This document shows, in pieces, positions 56,202 to 64,000 of a stretch of 64,000 nucleotides of DNA. The stretch's first letter is position 1. Every line of letters starts with the position of its first letter. Source of the stretch: Burkholderiales bacterium (lineage in GTDB: Bacteria; Pseudomonadota; Gammaproteobacteria; Burkholderiales; SG8-39); the NCBI GenBank assembly GCA_035456405.1, contig DATIDG010000070.1, positions 68,163 to 132,162 on the forward strand, written 5' to 3'. The notes beneath the pieces were generated by a model that saw only the letters and a program-made list of their open reading frames with translations, was not told the DNA's origin and made no database searches. A program made the translations under genes and the position numbers.

Positions 56202-57797
56202 ATGAGCAAGCCCATTCCCATCCGCATCCGTGCCGTGGCGCTTGCCGCGGCGCTCGCAGCAGGCGCGCTCGCAGCGGGCCCCGTGGTCGCGCAGCAGAAG
56301 GTGCTCCGGTTCATCCCCGAAGCCGACCTGCGTTCGATCGACCCGATCTGGACCACCGCGTATATCACGCGCAACCACGGCTACATGGTATACGACACCC
56401 TGTTCGCCACCGACGCGAAGTTCCAGGTCCAGCCGCAGATGGTGGACAAGTGGGAGGTGAGCGCTGATAAGCTCACCTACACCTTCACGCTGCGCGACGG
56501 GCTGAAGTTCCACGACGGCCAGCCGGTGCGCTCGGCCGACTGCATCGCCTCGATCGAGCGCTGGGCCAAGCGCGACGTCCTCGGACAGAAGCTCGGCGAG
56601 ATGACCGAGTCGTGGACGGCGGTGAACGACAAGACCTTCCGCCTCAAACTGAAGCAGCCGTTCGCGTACGTGCTCGAGGCGCTCGGCAAGCCGTCGTCCA
56701 ACGTGCCGTTCATCATGCCGGAGCGTATCGCCAAGACCGACGCGTTCCAGCAGATCCCCGAGCCGATCGGCTCCGGGCCGTTCCGCATGATCAAGGAGGA
56801 GTGGGTTCCCGGCAACAAGGTCGTGTACGCCAAGTTCACCGACTACGTCCCGCGCAAGGAGCCGCCGTCCTGGGCCGCCGGCGGCAAGGTGGTGAAGGTG
56901 GACCGCGTCGAGTGGCGCTACATCCCCGACTCGGCGACCGCCGCCGCGGCGATCAACTCCGGCGAGGTCGATTGGTGGCAGCAGCTGCCGCCCGACCTGA
57001 TCCCCGTGCTGTCGAAGAACAAGGACATCAAGATCGAGAACACCGACCCGCTCGGCTCGATGGGGATGATCCGTTTCAACCACCTGCAGCCGCCGTTCAA
57101 CAACCCGAAGCTGCGCCAGGCGCTGCTGCATGTCGTGAACCAGCAGGACTACGCGATCGGCATCGCCGGCGACCCGAAGAACGGCAAGCCGTGCGCGTCG
57201 TACTTCACCTGCGGCACGCCGCTCGCGAACGACGCCGGCTCGGCGGTGCTCACCGGCAAGCGCGACATCGACAAGGCCAAGCAGCTGATCAAAGAGTCGG
57301 GCTACAAGGGCGAGAAGATCGTCGTGCTCGACGCGACCGACCAGCCGATCGTGCACGCGCAGGCGCTGATCACGACCGAGATGCTGCGCACGCTCGGGTT
57401 GAACGTCGAGCTGCAGGCGGGCGACTGGGGCACGCTGATCACGCGCCGCTCGTCGAAGGAACCGGTCGAGAAGGGCGGCTGGTCGATCTTCCACACGTGG
57501 TGGGTCGGGCCCGACCAGGCGACGCCGGCGCTCAACGCGGCGCTGCGCGGCGCCGGCGACAAGGCCTGGTTCGGCTGGCCGACCGACACGCGCATCGAGG
57601 AGCTGCGCGACCAGTGGTTCGCCGCGCCCGATGCGGCCGCGCAGAAGAAGGCGGCGGAGGCGATGCAGACCCGCGCTTGGGAAGTGGTGCCATACATCCC
57701 GACCGCGCAATTCATCATCCCCACCGCGTACCGCACGAATCTCTCGGGCATCCTGGTCTCGCCCGTCAACTTCATGTGGAACGTGGAGAAGAAGTAG
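56202..57797 (+). CDS. ABC transporter substrate-binding protein, family 5 (peptide/opine/nickel type)
   Basis: 531 aa from ATG 56202 with a GGAGGA ribosome-binding site and signal peptide ...GPVVAQQ. It has the SBP_bac_5 style LRFIPEADLRSIDP. Confidence 0.9.
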   Translation: MSKPIPIRIRAVALAAALAAGALAAGPVVAQQKVLRFIPEADLRSIDPIWTTAYITRNHGYMVYDTLFATDAKFQVQPQMVDKWEVSADKLTYTFTLRDGLKFHDGQPVRSADCIASIERWAKRDVLGQKLGEMTESWTAVNDKTFRLKLKQPFAYVLEALGKPSSNVPFIMPERIAKTDAFQQIPEPIGSGPFRMIKEEWVPGNKVVYAKFTDYVPRKEPPSWAAGGKVVKVDRVEWRYIPDSATAAAAINSGEVDWWQQLPPDLIPVLSKNKDIKIENTDPLGSMGMIRFNHLQPPFNNPKLRQALLHVVNQQDYAIGIAGDPKNGKPCASYFTCGTPLANDAGSAVLTGKRDIDKAKQLIKESGYKGEKIVVLDATDQPIVHAQALITTEMLRTLGLNVELQAGDWGTLITRRSSKEPVEKGGWSIFHTWWVGPDQATPALNAALRGAGDKAWFGWPTDTRIEELRDQWFAAPDAAAQKKAAEAMQTRAWEVVPYIPTAQFIIPTAYRTNLSGILVSPVNFMWNVEKK

Positions 57798-57822
57798 CGC
57801 AGCATTTCGCGCGCTTCGGCGC

Positions 57823-58764
57823 GTGTTCGCCTATCTCGTCAAACGCCTGCTCGCGACCATCCCCGTCATGGGAGTGGTCGCGCTCTTCGTCTTCTCGCTG
57901 CTGTACATCAGCCCGGGCGACCCGGCCGCGGTGATCGCGGGCGACATCGCCACCGACGAGGACATCGCACGTATCCGCGCGAAGCTGGGGCTCGACGAGC
58001 CCTACTTCGTGCGCTTCGGCACGTGGCTGTGGGCACTCGCGCACGGCGACCTCGGCGTGTCGATCTTCACCAACCTGCCGGTTGCGCAGCTCATCGGGCA
58101 GCGGCTCGAGCCGACCGCCGCGCTGACGCTCTGCACGCTGATCGTTACAGTGCTGATCGCGGTGCCGATCGGCGTGATCGCCGCGTGGCGCGTCGGCACC
58201 TGGGTCGACCGCGCCGTGATGGGCTTCTCGGTGCTCGGCTTCTCGGTGCCGGTGTTCGTGTTCGCGTACTTGCTGATGCTCGTGTTCTCGATCGAGCTCG
58301 AATGGCTGCCGGTGCAGGGCTACGTGAGCATCACCGAGGGTTTCTGGCCGTTCCTGCGCCACATGATCCTGCCGAGCGTGGCGCTCGGCACGGTGTACAT
58401 GGCGCTCGTCGCGCGCATCACGCGCGCATCGATGCTGGAGGTGCTCTCGCAGGACTACATCCGCACCGCGCAGGCGAAGGGCCTCGCGTCGCGCGACGTG
58501 CTGATGCGCCACGCACTCAAGAACGCGGCGGTGCCGATCGTCACGGTGATCGGCATCGGCATCGCGCTGCTCATCTCCGGCGTGGTCGTCACCGAGACTG
58601 TGTTCGCGATTCCCGGCATCGGCCGGCTGACCGTCGACGCGATCCTGCGACGCGACTACCCGATCATCCAGGCGGTGACGCTGCTCTTCTCGGCGGTGTA
58701 CGTGCTCATCAACCTCGCGGTGGACCTGAGCTACACGCTGCTCGACCCGCGGATCCGGTACTAG
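57823..58764 (+). CDS. ABC transporter permease (DppB/OppB-like)
   Basis: 313 aa from GTG 57823 ([15 protein letters not shown]). It has the EAA-like loop [10 protein letters not shown]. Confidence 0.9.
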   Translation: MFAYLVKRLLATIPVMGVVALFVFSLLYISPGDPAAVIAGDIATDEDIARIRAKLGLDEPYFVRFGTWLWALAHGDLGVSIFTNLPVAQLIGQRLEPTAALTLCTLIVTVLIAVPIGVIAAWRVGTWVDRAVMGFSVLGFSVPVFVFAYLLMLVFSIELEWLPVQGYVSITEGFWPFLRHMILPSVALGTVYMALVARITRASMLEVLSQDYIRTAQAKGLASRDVLMRHALKNAAVPIVTVIGIGIALLISGVVVTETVFAIPGIGRLTVDAILRRDYPIIQAVTLLFSAVYVLINLAVDLSYTLLDPRIRY

Positions 58765-58797
58765 GAAAGCCGAAATGCCGCTTTTCCGGTTGTCTGA

Positions 58798-59682
58798 ATG
58801 GCTGCGGTAGCACCAACGCTTCCCGCCGCGCGCTCGGTCTCGCCGACCTGGGCGCGGTTCAAGGACGCGCTGCGCCGCCATCCGACCGCGATCTTCGGCG
58901 CGGTGGTGCTCGTCGCGATGATCGCGGCCGCGATCTTCGCGCCGTGGCTCGGCACGGTCGACCCGCAGGCGCTGTCGCCGGTCAAGCGGCTGCGGCCGCC
59001 GCAGGCGGAGTACTGGTTTGGCACCGACATGCTCGGGCGCGACGTCTACAGCCGCGTCGTGTACGGCGCGCGCGTGTCGCTCACGGTCGGCCTCGCGGTC
59101 GCGATCTTCTCGACGCTCGCCGGCCTTGCGATCGGGCTGGTCACCGGGTTCATCCGCTGGGTCGACGCCATCGTGATGCGCGTGATGGACGGCCTGATGT
59201 CGATCCCGCCGGTGCTGCTCGCGATCGCGTTGATGGCGCTCACGAAGGCGAGCATCGAGAACGTGATCTTCGCGATCACGCTGTCGGAGGTGCCGCGCGT
59301 CACGCGCCTGGTGCGCAGCCTCGTGCTCACCCTGCGCGAGCAGCCGTTCGTCGAGGCGGCCACCGCCGCCGGCACCGGCACCGCGCGCACGCTGGTGCGC
59401 CACATCTTGCCGAACACCGTCGCGCCTCTGCTCGTGCAGGCGACCTACATCTGCGCCTCCGCGATGATCACCGAGGCGATCCTGTCGTTCATCGGCGCGG
59501 GCACCCCGCTCAACATCCCGAGCTGGGGCAACATCATGGCCGAGGCGCGCAGCCTGTTCCAGCTCAAGCCCTACCTGATCCTCTTGCCGGGGGTGTTCCT
59601 GTCGCTCACCGTGCTCGCCGTGAACTTGCTCGGCGACGGCCTGCGCGACGCTCTCGACCCGCGCCTCGCGCGGCGGATGTAG
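58798..59682 (+). CDS. ABC transporter permease (DppC/OppC-like)
   Basis: 294 aa with [18 protein letters not shown] and FVEAATAAG motifs. Confidence 0.9.
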   Translation: MAAVAPTLPAARSVSPTWARFKDALRRHPTAIFGAVVLVAMIAAAIFAPWLGTVDPQALSPVKRLRPPQAEYWFGTDMLGRDVYSRVVYGARVSLTVGLAVAIFSTLAGLAIGLVTGFIRWVDAIVMRVMDGLMSIPPVLLAIALMALTKASIENVIFAITLSEVPRVTRLVRSLVLTLREQPFVEAATAAGTGTARTLVRHILPNTVAPLLVQATYICASAMITEAILSFIGAGTPLNIPSWGNIMAEARSLFQLKPYLILLPGVFLSLTVLAVNLLGDGLRDALDPRLARRM

Positions 59683-59693
59683 TGCGTCCGACG

Positions 59694-60718
<1,025 letters not shown>

Positions 60719-60722
<4 letters not shown>

Positions 60723-61708
60723 GCACGCTGCTCCAGGTGCGCGACCTGCGCAAGCACTACCCGGTGCGGAAGGGCGTGTTCGGGCGCCTGGCCGGGCAGG
60801 TGCACGCCGTCGACGGCATCAGCTTCTCGATCGCCGATGCCGAGACGCTCGGCCTCGTCGGCGAGTCGGGCTGCGGCAAGTCGACCGCCGCCAAGACGAT
60901 CCTGCGGCTCATCGATCCTACCGCCGGCACGATCGAGTGGGAGGGGCAGCGGATCGACGCGCTCGGGCGCGCGGCGATGCGGCCGTTCCGCCGCGAGCTG
61001 CAGGCGGTCTTCCAGGACCCGTACTCGTCGCTCAACCCGCGCCTGCGCGCCGCCGACATCGTCGCCGAGCCGCTGCGCAACTACGAGGGGCTCGGCGCGG
61101 CTGCGGTGCGCGAGAGGGTCGCGTGGCTCTTCGAGAAGGTGGGCCTGCGCCCGGACCAGATGGTCAAGTACCCGCACGAGTTCTCCGGCGGGCAGCGCCA
61201 GCGCCTCGGCATTGCGCGCGCGCTCGCGGTGCGGCCGAAGCTGATCGTCTGCGACGAGCCGGTCTCGGCGCTCGACGTCTCGGTGCAAGCGCAGGTGATC
61301 AACCTGCTCGAGGACCTGCAGGCGGAGTTCGGCGTGTCGTACCTCTTCGTCGCGCACGACCTGGCGGTCGTCGAGCACATCAGCCACCGCGTCGCCGTGA
61401 TGTACCTCGGCAAGATCGTCGAGCTGACCGACAAGAAGGCGCTGTTCCGGGACCCGCAGCATCCCTACACCGAGGCGCTCCTTTCGGCGGTGCCGGTGCC
61501 CGACCCGCGGGCGAAGAGGAAGCGCATCATTCTCCAGGGCGACGTGCCCAGCCCGATCACGCCGCCGCCCGGCTGCCGCTTCCACACGCGCTGCCCGTAC
61601 GCGGAGGAGCGCTGCCGGCGCGAGGAACCGCTGATGAAGGAAGTGAGTTCCGGCCACTTCGTGGCCTGCCACCTGCGTGACGTGCGGCGCGACGTCAAGC
61701 CGTCATGA
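60719..61708 (+). CDS. ABC transporter ATP-binding protein (DppF/OppF-like)
   Basis: 329 aa from ATG 60719 (ATGA overlap) with [17 protein letters not shown] and [12 protein letters not shown]. Confidence 0.92.
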
Positions 61709-62850
61709 CCGCCGAGGTGCGCCTCGTCATCAATGCGCGCGCCGCGCGGCGCGACGCCGCGTACGGCGCTGCGGCGCTCACCGCGGACGGGTTCGCGGCG
61801 GCGGAGCGCGAGATCGCGAGCTGGCCGGGCTACGCCGCGACGCCGCTCGCGCGCCTTGACGGTCGCGGGCGTGACCTGGGGCTCGCTGCGCTCTGGTACA
61901 AGGACGAGCGCGGCCGGTTCGGGCTGAAGAGCTTCAAGGCGCTCGGCGGCGCGTACGCGGTGCGCCGCGTGCTGGAACGGGAGTCGCGCCAGCCAAAGGA
62001 AGTCACGGTCACCTGCGCGACCGACGGCAACCACGGCCGCTCGGTTGCCTGGGGTGCCAGGCTCTTTGGCTGCAATTGCGTGATCTTCATCCACGAGACG
62101 GTGAGCGAGGGGCGGGCGGAGGCGATCCGGCGCTACGGCGCAGACGTCGTGCGCGTGAAGGGGAACTACGACGATGCCGTGCGCCATGCCGCAGCCGAGG
62201 CCGCGCGGCACGGCTGGTTCGTCGTGTCCGACACTTCTTACGAAGGCTACCGCGACGTTCCGGTCGACGTCATGCACGGCTACGGGGTGATGGCGGCGGA
62301 GATCTTCCGGCAGCTTCCGGCGGGCGAGGTGCCGACGCACGTTTTCGTGCAGGTCGGCGTCGGCGCGCTTGCCGCCGCGATCTGCGCGCGATTCTGGCTC
62401 GAGTGGGGCGCACGGCGTCCGCGGTTCATCGCGGTCGAGCCGGCGCGCGCCGACTGCCTACGCCGGAGCATCGAGGCGGGACGTCCGGTCGCCGTGCACG
62501 GCGATCTCGAGACGGTGATGGCGGGGCTGGTGTGCGGCGAGGTGTCCGAGCTCGCGTGGGAGGTCCTGCGCGAGGGCACGGATGCGGCGCTCGCGATCGA
62601 CGACGACTGGGCGCTCGAGGCCGTGCGCGCGCTCGCGAACCCGCTCAACGGCGATCCCGTCGTCGTCGCGGGTGAGACGGGAGGCGCGGGGCTCGCCGCG
62701 CTGCTCGCGCTGCGCGAGCGCCCCGATCTGCGCGCGCAGCTCGGTCTCGACGCGGGGTCGCACGTGCTGCTATTGGGGAGCGAAGGCGACACCGATCCGG
62801 AAATCTACCGGCGGATCGTAGGCAGATCCGCCGAGGAGTTGCTCTCGTGA
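61705..62850 (+). CDS. Diaminopropionate ammonia-lyase (PLP-dependent, YgeX/DpaL-like)
   Basis: 381 aa with [20 protein letters not shown] (PLP Lys), [14 protein letters not shown] and [12 protein letters not shown]. Confidence 0.85.
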   Translation: MTAEVRLVINARAARRDAAYGAAALTADGFAAAEREIASWPGYAATPLARLDGRGRDLGLAALWYKDERGRFGLKSFKALGGAYAVRRVLERESRQPKEVTVTCATDGNHGRSVAWGARLFGCNCVIFIHETVSEGRAEAIRRYGADVVRVKGNYDDAVRHAAAEAARHGWFVVSDTSYEGYRDVPVDVMHGYGVMAAEIFRQLPAGEVPTHVFVQVGVGALAAAICARFWLEWGARRPRFIAVEPARADCLRRSIEAGRPVAVHGDLETVMAGLVCGEVSELAWEVLREGTDAALAIDDDWALEAVRALANPLNGDPVVVAGETGGAGLAALLALRERPDLRAQLGLDAGSHVLLLGSEGDTDPEIYRRIVGRSAEELLS

Positions 62851-64000
62851 AGGCCGAAGCCCTGCGCATCGACGCCGACCGCCTGCTGCGGCGGCTCGAC
62901 CGGCTCGCGGCGATCGGCGCGATCGAGGGCGGCGGGTGCTGCCGGCTCGCGCTCACCGACGAGGACCGCGCAGGCCGAGATCTCGTCGTCGGCTGGATGC
63001 GCGAGCTGGGCCTCGAGGTCGCGATCGATCCGATCGGCAACGTGTTCGGACTTCGTCGCGGCACCGCAGACGTCGCGCCGGTCATGACCGGCTCGCACAT
63101 CGACACGGTGCGCACCGGCGGGCGCTACGACGGCAACCTCGGCGTGCTCGGCGGGCTGGAAATTATCGAGACGCTGAACGCCGCCGGTATCCTCACGCGG
63201 CGCCCGCTCGTCGTCGCGTTCTTCACCGACGAGGAGGGCGCGCGCTTCGCGCCCGACATGCTCGGCTCGCTGGTGTACGTCGGCGGGCTCGCGTTCGAGG
63301 AGGCGCTGGCGGTCGTGAGCATCGACGACAGGCGGCTGGGCGACGAGCTGGCGCGCATCGGCTATGCCGGCGACGCGCCGGTCGGCATCCACCACCCCCA
63401 TGCTTACGTCGAGCTGCACATCGAGCAGGGGCCGGTGCTCGACGCGGAAGGGATCACGATCGGCGCAGTCGAGGACCTGCAGGGGATCTCCTGGCAGGAG
63501 ATCGCGGTCACCGGGCAGTCGAACCACGCCGGCACCACACCGATGCCCCTGCGCCACGATGCGGGCTACTGCGCGGCTGCGATCGGCACGTTCCTCCGCG
63601 GTCTCGCGCGGGAGATGGGCGGAAGCCAGGTCTGCACGATGGGCAAGGTGGACCTGCATCCCAACCTGATCAACGTGATCGCGGCACGTGCGAAAGTGAC
63701 GGTGGACCTGCGCAACACGGACGATGGGGCTCTGAGGGAAGCCGAGCGCCGGCTGGGGGCCTTCCTCGACGAGCTGGCAAGCGCCGAGGGCGTGAAGATC
63801 GAATCGATACGGTTGGCGCGCTTCGAGCCGGTGGTCTTCGACGACGGCATTGCACGCCTCGTCGAGCGCACGGCGGCCCGGCTCGGCCATTCGTGCCGGC
63901 GCATGACCTCGGGCGCCGGCCACGATGCGCAGATGCTCGCCCGCATCTGCCCTGCGGGGATGATCTTCGTGCCGAGCGTGAAGGGCATCAGCCACAACCC
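62847..64000 (+). CDS. M20-family Zn amidohydrolase (N-carbamoyl-L-amino-acid / allantoate amidohydrolase type); 3' end outside the window
   Basis: This ORF is not in the supplied track because it is open to the window end. My own translation from GTG 62847 (GTGA overlap with the upstream stop) reads [24 protein letters not shown]...TGSHIDTVRTGGRYDGNLGVLGGLE...MIFVPSVKGISHN. Confidence 0.85.
   Translation, partial: MKAEALRIDADRLLRRLDRLAAIGAIEGGGCCRLALTDEDRAGRDLVVGWMRELGLEVAIDPIGNVFGLRRGTADVAPVMTGSHIDTVRTGGRYDGNLGVLGGLEIIETLNAAGILTRRPLVVAFFTDEEGARFAPDMLGSLVYVGGLAFEEALAVVSIDDRRLGDELARIGYAGDAPVGIHHPHAYVELHIEQGPVLDAEGITIGAVEDLQGISWQEIAVTGQSNHAGTTPMPLRHDAGYCAAAIGTFLRGLAREMGGSQVCTMGKVDLHPNLINVIAARAKVTVDLRNTDDGALREAERRLGAFLDELASAEGVKIESIRLARFEPVVFDDGIARLVERTAARLGHSCRRMTSGAGHDAQMLARICPAGMIFVPSVKGISHN

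Overview
This is a high-G+C chromosomal segment that looks betaproteobacterial by gene content and synteny (an inference). It is almost entirely core or housekeeping, densely coded, and I found no rRNA, tRNA, CRISPR array, transposase or integrase. Content in order:
- 5'-truncated type IV pilus chemosensory kinase ChpA/PilL, then photolyase.
- An algH-ruvX-pyrR-pyrB-pyrC' operon.
- The yggU-yggT-proC-yggS block, divergent from pilT-pilU.
- A THUMP RNA methyltransferase and a frameshifted acyl-CoA ligase.
- A DUF1127 gene beside a large MalT-like STAND ATPase that ends in a SARP (wHTH+BTAD) domain.
- An M1 peptidase/YwaF/META/methyltransferase/ilvA/hemJ string.
- A NodIJ-like ABC exporter split by two GFA genes.
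- A divergent QueC-like + TIGR02466 2OG-oxygenase pair.
- tamAB, then a macro-VanZ-AsmA operon.
- ppk2 and a DUF3141-pta-ackA-fabI cluster behind an FNR-type box.
- A Dpp-like ABC importer coupled to diaminopropionate ammonia-lyase and a 3'-truncated M20 amidohydrolase.

The points most worth a second look:
- Two copies of a ~90-nt structured element that fill the pyrR-pyrB and pyrB-pyrC' spacers.
- 11-bp-phased direct repeats next to the SARP-type regulator.
- The QueC-like/2OG-oxygenase pair.
- Two small islands that look low in G+C by eye.
- Three gene-decay events, two of which involve one missing G in a G-run.

I cannot point to a clear, complete novel multi-gene system. All family calls come from reading motifs by eye, not from database searches.
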